Below, piece by piece: positions 1-8,978 of a stretch of DNA of 64,000 nucleotides; the first letter of the stretch is position 1, and each line of letters starts with the position of its first letter. The translations under genes were made by a program, and so were the position numbers. Source of the stretch: Dehalococcoidia bacterium. GTDB lineage: Bacteria; Chloroflexota; Dehalococcoidia; Bin125. The notes under the pieces are model-generated. The model saw only the letters and a list, made by a program, of their open reading frames with translations, did no database searches and was not told the DNA's origin. The stretch is from assembly GCA_965116225.1 (NCBI GenBank), contig OZ220495.1, forward strand, positions 2,424,393 through 2,488,392. The letters run 5' to 3'.

Positions 1-972
1 TGGAATCCCGATCACGTGGACGCATTCCTCTCACGGGCGAGACTCGCGGACGAGATCGGCGTCGACATGGTCTGTGTGATCGAGGGCTACGGTCACGACG
101 CCTTCAGCGGTATGGCGCTGTTGGCGCAGGCGACGTCGCATGTCCGCATTGCATCCGCGATCGTGAACGTCTATTCGCGGACGCCGGCGACGCTGGCGCA
201 GAGTTTCGGGACGATCGATCAGCTCTCGGGCGGGCGCGTCGTTGTCGGTCTCGGCGCGAGCGCGCCGGGCGCGATCGAGCACTTTCATGGATTGACGTTC
301 GAGCGTCCATTCGCGCGTATCCGCGAGACGGTCGACCTGATTCGCCTCTACTGGTCGCGCGAACGATTCAGCTACGAGGGATCAACCATCCACGTCAAGC
401 GGGCGTTGGTCAGCGGCATGATCCCTGTGCAGCCGACGCCGCCGATTCACCTTGCCACCCTGCATCCCAAATCAGTCAGGATGACCGCCGAGATCGCCGA
501 CGGCTGGATGCCGACCTGGATTCCCAACGACCGCATGACTGATGCTGTATCGCAGGTCAGGCAGTGGTCAGTCGATGCGGGCCGAGCCGCGAATGCGGTC
601 GAGGTGCGCTCGCCCGGCTCCGCCATCGTGCTGGTGGATTCGGAACGCCGCGCCGACGCCGAGCGCAACTTTGCCCAGGGACTGTCCTTTTTCGCCGTAC
701 GCAATGGCCCCGGTTACTTCCATCAGTTTGAGCGGCAGGGCTTCGCGGAGGAGGTCGCCGCGATGCGCGAGGCGTGGCAAACGGGAGGCGTCGCCGCGGC
801 GACCGAGATCGCGATCTCGGTCGCGCCGCGCTTTTCCTGTCGCGGGTCGGTGGAAGATTGCGTTCGACACATCGACGAGCAGTCGGCTGCCGGTGTGAAT
901 CTACACCAGGTCTCAGTTGACAGCGACGACGACTGCGTTTGGGCCGACGCGCTCACGCAGATCGTCGGCTAG
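1..972 (+). CDS. LLM-class (luciferase-like) flavin/F420-dependent oxidoreductase, 5'-truncated by window edge
   Basis: Frame is open from nt 1 with no start for the conserved N-terminal beta1-alpha1 region. Residues such as VDMVCVIEGYGHD, TIDQLSGGRVVVGLGAS and TLHPKSVRMTAEIADGW match the LLM TIM-barrel family. Stop TAG at 970-972. Confidence 0.8.
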   Translation, partial: WNPDHVDAFLSRARLADEIGVDMVCVIEGYGHDAFSGMALLAQATSHVRIASAIVNVYSRTPATLAQSFGTIDQLSGGRVVVGLGASAPGAIEHFHGLTFERPFARIRETVDLIRLYWSRERFSYEGSTIHVKRALVSGMIPVQPTPPIHLATLHPKSVRMTAEIADGWMPTWIPNDRMTDAVSQVRQWSVDAGRAANAVEVRSPGSAIVLVDSERRADAERNFAQGLSFFAVRNGPGYFHQFERQGFAEEVAAMREAWQTGGVAAATEIAISVAPRFSCRGSVEDCVRHIDEQSAAGVNLHQVSVDSDDDCVWADALTQIVG

Positions 973-989
973 GCTGCGCCCAAGGCGAC

Positions 990-2561
990 ATGGGAGAGTC
1001 GACTGTGGTGGATCACGCCGCTGATAGCTTCAACGCGATCAATCGAGGGGTCTACATTGCCGATAATCTCGACTTCCTCCGCGCACTGAACACTGAGACG
1101 GTTGATCTGATCTACATCGATCCGCCGTTCGCCAAGAACGAGACGTGGGAGGCGAATCGCCTGCGCCCTCCGCTGACCGACGAAGAGCGGGCGATCGAGC
1201 GCCGCTTACTCAAATACTGGAGTATCGCCAATGAAGCGCAGGCCAGGCAGTTAGGGGTCGAGTGGCCGGACGACCATACCGGCTTCGCGGACATCTGGAC
1301 CTGGGCGGGGAATATCCATGAGGAGTGGCTGTTATCCCTCGACGAGGATTACCCATCTGTCAAGGAGTTGTTGGAGTCCGCTGAAGCGACGCATAGTGAG
1401 AGCATGGCCGCGTATCTCTGCTACATGGCGATTCGCCTAATTGAGCTGGAGCGGGTACTCAAGCCCACTGGAAGCATCTACCTGCATTGTGATCCCACTG
1501 CCAGCCACTATCTCAAGGGACTCATGGACGCGATTTTCGGAGCGCACAATTTCCGAAATGAGATCATCTGGCGGATCGGATGGGTATCAGGCTTCAAGAC
1601 GCAGAAGCGTGGATGGATTCGCAACCACGACACGATCCTCTATTACGTAGGTTCCCCAGCCGCGGTCGATAGATTCAATAAAGAGCACCTGCCATATCCG
1701 AAAGGCTATGTGAGGCGTGACGGGAAGCCTCCGACGGGTCGAGGCTTCCCGATCGAGGATACCTGGAACAGCTCTGTTGGCGACGCGCTCGATTCGATCA
1801 TGATCAAGAGTTTCTCGAAAGAGAAGACGGGATATCCGACGCAGAAGCCGCTAGCTCTGCTGGAGCGGATCATCAAGTCCTCTTCGAATGAGTCGGAAGT
1901 CGTGCTCGATTGCTTCGCCGGGTGCGCCACGGCGTCGCTCGCTGCCGAGCGACTGAATCGTCGCTGGGTGGCCTGCGATTTCAACCCACGCGCCTGGACT
2001 GTTCTAAAGCGACGGTTCAATCAACCGCCAGTCAAGCTGCGCTGTGCTGACGAGACGACCGGTCAACAGGTTATGGGCACAGAGCCAGTCGTCACCGTTC
2101 ACGGTCCGAACGAGTTGCCGGTTCGGACATCGCCGGCAACGCCCGCGCCTGCTCGATTTATATTGCCGGAGCGCAGGTTCAAGGTTCCCGCCAGTATCAT
2201 TCCGCAGCGAGAGATGCTGGAGGTGTTGCTCGATCTGTCCGACTATCAGGCGTGGTGTTGCGGATTTGCCAATCGCCGGCCGGACGGGACGATCGTTCGC
2301 ACGACCAACAACTTCCACCTCGACCACATCGATCCGCGGTCGAAGCAGGGATCGAATCAGATCGCCAATCGAGCCCCGCTCTGTCCGACGCATAATATGC
2401 GCAAGGGCGACCGCCCGATTGGTCTGCGCGAGTACCGCGAGGAGATCGCCGCAGCGGGCGAACTGCTGGTTGAGGGCGTCGACGATCTGATTTCCTTGTC
2501 TCAGGCCTATCAATGGGCGCTTGATTACTACTCCGACGCCCGTCTCAAGCGCGGCGGGTAG
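990..2561 (+). CDS. Beta-class DNA methyltransferase (N6-adenine/N4-cytosine, PF01555-like) fused to a C-terminal HNH endonuclease domain
   Basis: Motif IV DPPF (IYIDPPFAKNE) lies upstream of motif I-like FxGxG (LDCFAGCATASLAAERL), the beta-class permuted order. The C-terminal ~120 aa carry an HNH signature: WCCGF...HLDHIDP...N...LCPTHNMRKGD. ATG at 990 is preferred over TTG at 939, which overlaps the upstream gene. Confidence 0.75.
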   Translation: MGESTVVDHAADSFNAINRGVYIADNLDFLRALNTETVDLIYIDPPFAKNETWEANRLRPPLTDEERAIERRLLKYWSIANEAQARQLGVEWPDDHTGFADIWTWAGNIHEEWLLSLDEDYPSVKELLESAEATHSESMAAYLCYMAIRLIELERVLKPTGSIYLHCDPTASHYLKGLMDAIFGAHNFRNEIIWRIGWVSGFKTQKRGWIRNHDTILYYVGSPAAVDRFNKEHLPYPKGYVRRDGKPPTGRGFPIEDTWNSSVGDALDSIMIKSFSKEKTGYPTQKPLALLERIIKSSSNESEVVLDCFAGCATASLAAERLNRRWVACDFNPRAWTVLKRRFNQPPVKLRCADETTGQQVMGTEPVVTVHGPNELPVRTSPATPAPARFILPERRFKVPASIIPQREMLEVLLDLSDYQAWCCGFANRRPDGTIVRTTNNFHLDHIDPRSKQGSNQIANRAPLCPTHNMRKGDRPIGLREYREEIAAAGELLVEGVDDLISLSQAYQWALDYYSDARLKRGG

Positions 2562-2618
2562 CATGGTGTTGAGGCAACATCTGGTTGCCTGGCATCAAGC
2601 AATCTGAAAGGGCGACTC

Positions 2619-3149
2619 ATGGCAGACAACGATCTGGCGGCGGCGCTGGCGAAGTTCACCGACCGCGCGCTGCGCTGGACCGCGCAATCGATGGAAGACC
2701 TGTCGCAGGACGAGGTACACTTCCGCACATACAAAGGACAGAACTGCATCGGCTTCGAGGCGTGGCACATCGCGCGCACAGCCGACAACCTGATCCACTT
2801 CGCGTTCGAGCGCGAGCAGCCGATCTGGCTCGCCAAGAACATGCACGAGGCATGGGGTCTGCCCAAGGTCGATCAGGGTACCGGGACGAGCTACGAGGAG
2901 GTCTCGAACTGGGTCTTCCCCGACGGCCCGACGCTGGCCGGCTATCTGACCGATGTCGCCGATGTAATCGTCCCGCGGATCGCGGAGATGACGACCGAGT
3001 ACCTGAATTCGATCACGCGCATCGTGCCGCAGGGTGAACTGCCGAAGTGGGAGATCATTGGCCAGGTGATCATCAACCATTCCAACAACCATCTGGGACA
3101 AATCAACGTGGGTCGCTCGATGCAGGGCAAAGAGGGACTCGGCTTCTAG
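2619..3149 (+). CDS. DinB/YfiT-family (DinB_2) metal-dependent protein
   Basis: 176 aa with the His-containing motifs typical of the DinB_2 four-helix bundle (WHIARTADN, INHSNNHLGQI). RBS AAAGGG upstream of ATG. Confidence 0.7.
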   Translation: MADNDLAAALAKFTDRALRWTAQSMEDLSQDEVHFRTYKGQNCIGFEAWHIARTADNLIHFAFEREQPIWLAKNMHEAWGLPKVDQGTGTSYEEVSNWVFPDGPTLAGYLTDVADVIVPRIAEMTTEYLNSITRIVPQGELPKWEIIGQVIINHSNNHLGQINVGRSMQGKEGLGF

Positions 3150-3165
3150 TCTCATCCTGCGGGAG

Positions 3166-4527
3166 ATGCCCATGCCGTCGTCCGACGACGCCCGGTTAGT
3201 TTCCCCGCGTTCGCTGGGCGAACAGGTCGCGGCGACGCGCTCGGGCGAGCGTTCGTTGCAGGACATGATCGCGCAGACGCTGGAGCGGCTCGACGTCGTC
3301 AATCCGCTGGTTCGTGCGATCTTGCCCGATCCCAGGCGACGCGAACGCCTGTCGGCGGAAGCGGCGGCGTTGATCGAGCGCTGGCCGTCGCCTCAGGATC
3401 GACCGGCGCTGTTCGGCGCGATGGTCGTGGTCAAGGACATCTTCAACGTTCAGCGGATGCCGACGCGGGCCGGTTCAGCGGTGCCGCCCGAGTCGTTCAG
3501 TGGCCCGGAGGCCGATGTTGTCGCGCGGCTGCGAGGAGCGGGAGCGTTGATGCTGGGCAAGGCGGTGACGACCGAGTTCGCCTACTTCGCCTCCGGTGCC
3601 ACTGCCAATCCGCGCAACCGCGAGCACACGCCGGGCGGCTCGAGCAGCGGATCAGCCGCCGCCGTCGCGGCCGGGATCGCGCCCCTCGCGCTCGGTTCGC
3701 AAACCGTAGGCTCGGTCATCCGACCGGCATCGTTCTGCGGCGTGGTCGGCTTCAAGCCGTCTTACGACCGCATTCCGACCGGGGGCGCGCTCTACTACTC
3801 GCCGTCGGTGGATACGATTGGCTTCTTCGTCAGCTCCGTCGCCGATGCGCTGTTGGTCGCGTCGGCGCTGTTGCTGGGCTGGCGCGAGGGCGAAGACGCC
3901 GAGGCACCGTTGCCCCGTGTCGGGATCCCGACCGGCCCTTTCCTCGCTCAGGCCGGAGCGGAGATGCGCGCCGCGCTCAATGAAGCGGCCGGGCGATTGC
4001 GCGAGGATGGCATCCAAGTCGAGGAAGCGCCGACGCTGCACGATATCGATGAGATCAGCGCCCGCCATCGTGCGCTGACGACCTACGAATTCGCCGAGAC
4101 GCACCGAGAACGGTATGCGAAGTACGGCGCGATGTTTCGACCGCAGAGCGCTCAGCTCTATGAGGCGGGAACGGCTATTTCGACGCTCGACGCGGAAACA
4201 GGTCGGGTCAGTCGGATTGCGCTGCGCCAGCGTCTACACGAGCACATGGATCGAGCCGGGGTCGATGTCTGGCTTGCGCCCTCGGCGATCGGCCCTGCCC
4301 CGCGCGGGCTGGGATCGACGGGTGATCCGGCGATGAATCTGCCCTGGACCCATGCCGGGATGCCCGTGATCTCGCTTCCCTTCGGCGATGTCGATGGGCT
4401 GCCGCTTGGCCTGTCGCTGGTCGGTCGATTCGGTCACGACGAGAGGCTGCTTGGTCAGGCGGCAACGGTCGAGTCGGCGCTGCGCGTGGTCCCCCCGGGA
4501 GGATTCGAACCTCCGCGCACGGTTTAG
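3166..4527 (+). CDS. Amidase-signature (AS) family amidase
   Basis: GGSSSGSAAAVAAG AS signature with a Ser-cisSer-Lys catalytic context. 453 aa. GGGAGA RBS. The last ~40 nt overlap tRNA-Arg on the opposite strand. Confidence 0.85.
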   Translation: MPMPSSDDARLVSPRSLGEQVAATRSGERSLQDMIAQTLERLDVVNPLVRAILPDPRRRERLSAEAAALIERWPSPQDRPALFGAMVVVKDIFNVQRMPTRAGSAVPPESFSGPEADVVARLRGAGALMLGKAVTTEFAYFASGATANPRNREHTPGGSSSGSAAAVAAGIAPLALGSQTVGSVIRPASFCGVVGFKPSYDRIPTGGALYYSPSVDTIGFFVSSVADALLVASALLLGWREGEDAEAPLPRVGIPTGPFLAQAGAEMRAALNEAAGRLREDGIQVEEAPTLHDIDEISARHRALTTYEFAETHRERYAKYGAMFRPQSAQLYEAGTAISTLDAETGRVSRIALRQRLHEHMDRAGVDVWLAPSAIGPAPRGLGSTGDPAMNLPWTHAGMPVISLPFGDVDGLPLGLSLVGRFGHDERLLGQAATVESALRVVPPGGFEPPRTV

Positions 4528-4559
4528 GAAACCGCCGCTCTATCCCCTGAGCTACGGGG
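4485..4559 (-). tRNA. tRNA-Arg (anticodon CCT), CCA encoded
   Basis: Reverse complement folds as a canonical cloverleaf: acceptor CCCCCCG/CGGGGGG, D-arm GCTC-AGGGGATA-GAGC, anticodon stem GCGGT/ACCGT with loop TTCCTAA (U33, anticodon CCT, A37), variable GCGC, T-arm GGAGG-TTCGAAT-CCTCC, discriminator A, then CCA. Confidence 0.85.
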
Positions 4560-4665
4560 GGTATGGCTGAGTGTATGTCGAACACTGCGTTGATGTTCGA
4601 TATCTGTTTCCTATCCTGTAAGCAGAATCCGAAGCCACTTTCAGTCATGAAGAGGAGAGCGTCGC

Positions 4666-4914
4666 ATGCCGATGTACGAGTACTACTGCCGATCATGCAA
4701 CGAGCAGTTCACCAGACTGCGACCGATGAGCACCGCATCGGAGCCGTACGAGCACGACTGCGGTAATGTCGCGCAGAAGGTGCTCACAACAGCCGTCGTC
4801 ACTGTCGCCGGACAGTTCGCGGAGATGGAAGCGGCTGAGCCGGTGCCTGTCGGCGGGGGTTGTGCCTGCGGTCGCGGCTCCTGCGGTTGCGGCGGCATGG
4901 GCGCGCTGAACTGA
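4666..4914 (+). CDS. FmdB-family zinc-ribbon putative regulatory protein
   Basis: N-terminus MPMYEYYCRSCNEQFT matches the FmdB family consensus (MPxYEYxCxxCGxxFE). Cys-rich Gly tail. AGGAG RBS 8 nt upstream. Confidence 0.75.
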   Translation: MPMYEYYCRSCNEQFTRLRPMSTASEPYEHDCGNVAQKVLTTAVVTVAGQFAEMEAAEPVPVGGGCACGRGSCGCGGMGALN

Positions 4915-4964
4915 CATCACCGAACCCGAGTAACGCCCAGAGCGGCCCGAGATCGCGCCGCAGC

Positions 4965-5678
4965 CTACGCGTTGGCCGATTCCCGGTTCGGTTCAAGCCG
5001 CGCGCTTCGTCGCAGACGCCACAGGCAGATCGCCGAGATCGCGCCGCAGCCGATGACGAAAGCGAGAGTGACGCCGCCGATCAGCAGCGTCGTGTCCAGG
5101 AAAAAGCGCTGTGGAAACAGCTGGATCAAGCCATCGCGCGAGCTGAGCTGCCACAGATCGTTGCTGAAGAACAACAGGTGGAAGCTGCGGAAGGCGGAAT
5201 CGAATCCCGCGAGCGCCAGGATGCCCAGCGCGACGACCAGCGTCGCGACGATGCCGCATGACATCAGCATCGTCGTGGAAAGGGTGCGCAACGCTCGCCC
5301 GCGACTGAAGCGCGCGAGGCCGACAACCGCGGCGATGATGAATCCCAGCGCGGCCCAGCCGGCGTCGAACGTTCGCGCCATCAGACGCTTGACGTCGACC
5401 ATGTGCAGAATCTCTCGATGGGAGTAAAACGGCCCTCCCGCGACCTCAACATCGAGCAGCGCGTCGTCGTTCGTCAGGTAATCCCGCGTCTCCTGCGCGA
5501 CTCTGAGGACTTCATCCTGCGTCAGACCGGTTCTGCCGGTCGCGTCGTAGCGCTCGAAGCCGCGTTCCCACCAGGATGCGGATGTAGTCGCATATCGGAC
5601 GCTGAAGGACACCGGCAGCGTGAACAACGCCAGGGCGAGCGCGATCCGGGCGACGTTGACGAGCGATCGAGTGGCCAT
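4965..5678 (-). CDS. TIGR01906/DUF1461-family integral membrane protein (Lit-like)
   Basis: Multi-TM protein with an EILHMVDVKRL motif reminiscent of DUF1461. The listed ORF extends to 6005, but the first ~109 aa are Arg/Pro-rich and non-protein-like, so an internal ATG (MATRS...) at 5678 is preferred. Confidence 0.55.
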   Translation of the reverse strand: MATRSLVNVARIALALALFTLPVSFSVRYATTSASWWERGFERYDATGRTGLTQDEVLRVAQETRDYLTNDDALLDVEVAGGPFYSHREILHMVDVKRLMARTFDAGWAALGFIIAAVVGLARFSRGRALRTLSTTMLMSCGIVATLVVALGILALAGFDSAFRSFHLLFFSNDLWQLSSRDGLIQLFPQRFFLDTTLLIGGVTLAFVIGCGAISAICLWRLRRSARLEPNRESANA

Positions 5679-5713
5679 CGGTAGGCTGAGCGTATCGATC
5701 GAGAGAGGCGGCG

Positions 5714-6646
5714 ATGGGTGTGGAACTGTCTCGGATGATTGAGCTGGTCGGTCTGGAAGCGGAACCGACGTTGACCATTGCGCGAGTATCGACGGACGAC
5801 GTACCGGTGACGACCGGGGCGCTGGTCGTCCTGATCGATGGACAGGCGGGCGCGGAAGCACAGGTCGCTCGCGCCTTGCGACATTATCCCGCCGCGCATC
5901 GCGTGCGCGCGATCGGGCGATTCGAGCGAATCGTGGAGACAACAGTTGGCGAGATCGTTGCGAACCCGGCAGATGCGGTGGCGCTAGTTCTTGATCCGAT
6001 CGCACTATTCGATGTCCGCAACGCGCCCGATGGCGTGCGCGGCGTGATGGATCGCTTGCGAGACCCGATCAACGGTTGCCCTTGGGATAACGCGCAAACC
6101 CACGAAAGTTTGCGGCGATACCTGTTGGAAGAGTGTTACGAGGTGCTGGACGCGATCGCCGTTGGCGATCCGGCCGAGTTGTGCGAGGAACTGGGCGATC
6201 TGATGATGCAGGTCGTCCTGCACGCCAAACTGGCCGAACAGGCGGGACAGTTCACGCTCGATGATGTGTCCGAGGGAATCCGGGCGAAACTGGTTCGACG
6301 GCATCCGCACGTCTTTGGAGATGAGACCGCGAATACGCCGAAGCTGATCGAGAGTGCCTGGGAGCGGCTCAAGGCTCGCGAGCGACCACAGCGCGAGTCC
6401 GTTCTGGACGGCGTGCCGCGAACGCTGCCGGCCCTGGCCCGCGCCCAGTCGATCCTCGGACGAGCCGAGCGCAACGGATTCAGCCGCGATGCCGTCGAAA
6501 GCGATGATCTGGGTGAGCGGCTGCTGAACCTGGTGCAGGAGGCGCGAGCGCGTGATCTGTCGGCGGAGGACGCCCTGCGAGACGCCTCGGCCGCCTTCGA
6601 GCGACAGGTCAGGACGTTGGAATCCACGCGCGAAACCGAAGCTTAG
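5714..6646 (+). CDS. mazG: Nucleoside triphosphate pyrophosphohydrolase MazG with ~100-aa N-terminal extension
   Basis: The MazG EExxE motif region (LLEECYEVLDAI...ELGDLMMQVVLHAKLAEQ) and the second MazG repeat are present. The N-terminal ~100 aa resemble a residual YabN-like domain. Confidence 0.8.
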   Translation: MGVELSRMIELVGLEAEPTLTIARVSTDDVPVTTGALVVLIDGQAGAEAQVARALRHYPAAHRVRAIGRFERIVETTVGEIVANPADAVALVLDPIALFDVRNAPDGVRGVMDRLRDPINGCPWDNAQTHESLRRYLLEECYEVLDAIAVGDPAELCEELGDLMMQVVLHAKLAEQAGQFTLDDVSEGIRAKLVRRHPHVFGDETANTPKLIESAWERLKARERPQRESVLDGVPRTLPALARAQSILGRAERNGFSRDAVESDDLGERLLNLVQEARARDLSAEDALRDASAAFERQVRTLESTRETEA

Positions 6647-8913
6647 GCGCGATGCAAATTCGCCGCCGACGCCAACAGCCGTTTGACCCCGGTATCCGAG
6701 AAGCGCACCATCACTTCGGCGTCGCGGCCGATCGAGCGCAGCCCGATCACCACGCCCTCGCCGAAGACCTCGTGCGACACCTCATCGCCCTCCCTGAGTC
6801 CGACTCCGTGCGCCGTGACGGGTTCCAGGTCGAAGGAATCGAAGTCGTCCCAGCGCACAATGCGGTTGCGCGCAGGTCGGACGTCTTCGCCGACGCGCGC
6901 CTGCTCACGTTGGTATCGCTGTAGCAGCGCCTCGGGGATGTCGGCCAGGAATCGCGAGGGCGGGTTGTGTCCGCTGCGACCCTGGAACGCGCGTCGAAAC
7001 GCGTAGAGCAGATGCAGTTCGCGCATCGCCCTGGTCATGCCGACGTAGCAGAGTCGGCGCTCCTCCTCAAGCTGGTTGGGGTCGTCCAATGTGAGCCGAT
7101 GCGGCAGCAGATCCTCCTCCATGCCGACCATGAAGACGACCGGAAACTCCAGTCCCTTGGCTTGGTGCAGCGTGATCAGCGTGACGGCGTCGGGCGGTCC
7201 GTCCGGCAGGTCGTCAACGTCGGCGACTAGCGCAACATCTTCGAGGAATGCGTCCAGCGCCGCGCCCGGCGCGATCTGCGCATAGTTTTCGGTGACCGTG
7301 ACCAGCTCCTGCACGTTTTCCCAACGACTCTCGGCTTCAGCCTCGGAGTCCGCCTGTCGCAATAGCCATTCCCGGTAGCGCGTCTTGATCAGGAGCGCTC
7401 GCAATACGTCGGCGAGCGGTTCTCGGGCTGCCTGGACGCGCGCGTCCTCGATCAGGGAAACGAAGTCCTGCAACGATGCGGCGGCGCGGCGCGAGATGCT
7501 CGGCGGCGTCAGATAGCCGCCGAGCGCATCGGCGTCGATGCCGACGGCTGCCGCGGCGGCCTGGAAGGGCGAGCGGGCGTGCTCGGCCGCCCAGCCGGTC
7601 ACGGTTTCCAGCGTCTTGGTACCGATGCCTCTGGTCGGCACGTTGACGACGCGCCCGAACGCGACCGAATCCGCCGGATTGCGAACCAGTCGGAGATAGG
7701 CTAGCAGGTCGCGGACTTCGCGACGGTCGTAGAAGCGCGTCGCGCCGACAAGACGGTAGGGAATGCCGTGATGGATCAGCGATTCCTCGATCGGCCTGGA
7801 CTGCGCGTTGGTGCGATATAGCACCGCGGCGTCGCCGGATCGCATGGAACCGTCGCGTAGCCCGTGCTCGACCCGGGTGGCGACGTACTCGGCTTCGTCG
7901 TCTTCGCTATAGGCCTCGTGCAGATACGGCAACGGGCCATCGCTGTTGTCGGTGACGAGATGGCGCTTGATGCGATTCGCGGCGCGCTCGATCACCGCAT
8001 TCGCGGCGTCGAGGATCTGTTGCGTCGAGCGGTAGTTCTTGTTGAGCTGAACCTCGGTCGCGTCCGGATGGTCGCGGAGAAAGTAGGCGAGATTGCGGCT
8101 GTCGGCGGATCGCCAGGAGTAGATCGATTGGTCGAGATCGCCGACGACAGTGAGATCGCCGCTGGCCGACCAGGCGCGGGCGAGCTGGTACTGAATCATG
8201 GATGTGTCCTGAAATTCGTCGACCAGGACATGTTCGAATTGGTAATCGTCCTTGTCCCGTATCGCTTCCTGATCGAACAGCTCCAGCGTCCTGAGCAGGA
8301 GGTCATCGAAGTCGAGCGCGTCGGCTTCTCCGAGCCGCGCTCGATAGCGTTCCCACACGCGCCCGACGATTTCGTCGAAGTAGGAACCCGCGGCGGCGAG
8401 GAATTCCTCTGTGGTGATCGCTTCGGATTTGGCGCGAGAGATGCGGCTGAGCAGCTCGCGCGGCGAATAGTCTCTGGTACTGAGCTGGAGTTCCTTGAGC
8501 GCCTCGCGCACGATCTGGATTTGGTCGTCGCCGTCGAAGATGACGAAGTTGCGCGGCACACCGATCCCGTGGCCGTGCTTGCGCAGCATGCGCACGCAGA
8601 TACGGTGAAAGGTGCCGAGCGGCATACCTTTGACATCGGGGCCGATCAACAATTCTAGGCGCGACCGCATCTCTCGTGCGGCGCGATTGGTGAACGTCAC
8701 CGCGAGGATGCGCCAGGGGTCCGTGCCCTGTTCGATTATCCACGTATCCACGATTCGGTGCGTGATCACCCGCGTTTTCCCCGATCCCGGCCCCGCGATC
8801 ACCAACAGCGGGCCGTCCCGATGGGTCACGGCGGCTCGCTGGGCATCGTTGAGGTTGTCGAGATCGAGCGGTACCGCGCCGTCGGCGGGAGAATTGGTCA
8901 TGGCAGCCAGCAT
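6643..8913 (-). CDS. pcrA: ATP-dependent DNA helicase PcrA/UvrD (SF1)
   Basis: Walker A AGPGSGKT, UvrD-family helicase motifs (TFTNRAAREM, DEFQDTS, VGDLDQSIY) and the C-terminal VMVRFSDTGVKRL tail. 756 aa. Converges on and overlaps mazG by 4 nt. Confidence 0.9.
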   Translation of the reverse strand: MLAAMTNSPADGAVPLDLDNLNDAQRAAVTHRDGPLLVIAGPGSGKTRVITHRIVDTWIIEQGTDPWRILAVTFTNRAAREMRSRLELLIGPDVKGMPLGTFHRICVRMLRKHGHGIGVPRNFVIFDGDDQIQIVREALKELQLSTRDYSPRELLSRISRAKSEAITTEEFLAAAGSYFDEIVGRVWERYRARLGEADALDFDDLLLRTLELFDQEAIRDKDDYQFEHVLVDEFQDTSMIQYQLARAWSASGDLTVVGDLDQSIYSWRSADSRNLAYFLRDHPDATEVQLNKNYRSTQQILDAANAVIERAANRIKRHLVTDNSDGPLPYLHEAYSEDDEAEYVATRVEHGLRDGSMRSGDAAVLYRTNAQSRPIEESLIHHGIPYRLVGATRFYDRREVRDLLAYLRLVRNPADSVAFGRVVNVPTRGIGTKTLETVTGWAAEHARSPFQAAAAAVGIDADALGGYLTPPSISRRAAASLQDFVSLIEDARVQAAREPLADVLRALLIKTRYREWLLRQADSEAEAESRWENVQELVTVTENYAQIAPGAALDAFLEDVALVADVDDLPDGPPDAVTLITLHQAKGLEFPVVFMVGMEEDLLPHRLTLDDPNQLEEERRLCYVGMTRAMRELHLLYAFRRAFQGRSGHNPPSRFLADIPEALLQRYQREQARVGEDVRPARNRIVRWDDFDSFDLEPVTAHGVGLREGDEVSHEVFGEGVVIGLRSIGRDAEVMVRFSDTGVKRLLASAANLHRA

Positions 8914-8978
8914 AACGGCGGATTCGGCATATAGTTGCGTCTAGCGGCGACAGCGGGGGATGGCAATAGGGGCGGTTC

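Noticed and set aside
1-4485. Integrated genomic island at tRNA-Arg carrying the MTase-HNH
   Set aside because: No integrase, excisionase or recognisable att direct repeat is visible in the window. It is kept only as a low-interest hypothesis.
4485-4559. Alternative tRNA fold giving a CTA (amber-reading) anticodon
   Set aside because: That fold needs a 2-nt 26 region and C33. The GCGGT/ACCGT stem gives a canonical 7-nt loop with U33 and A37 and anticodon CCT (Arg).
4563-4766. 67-aa ORF between tRNA and fmdB
   Set aside because: It overlaps the tRNA promoter region and the well-supported FmdB start, and no motif was recognised.
5679-6005. Long N-terminal extensions on listed ORFs. This one is on the membrane protein. 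The same occurs on 18906..19406 (Pta-like), 35470..36201 (fumC) and 57008..57097 (gatB).
   Set aside because: The extensions are non-protein-like (Arg/Pro/Ser runs) and overlap neighbouring genes. Conserved N-termini with RBS start internally.
7864-8658. Large antisense or alternate-frame ORFs. This one lies inside pcrA. Similar examples are 10221..11312, 17249..18136, 20279..21241, 22195..23154, 44139..45197, 51619..52578, 57072..57971 and 61615..62283.
   Set aside because: These are Arg/Ala/Pro-rich low-complexity translations lying opposite or out of frame to clearly conserved genes. They are a typical high-GC codon-bias artefact and no family motifs were recognised.
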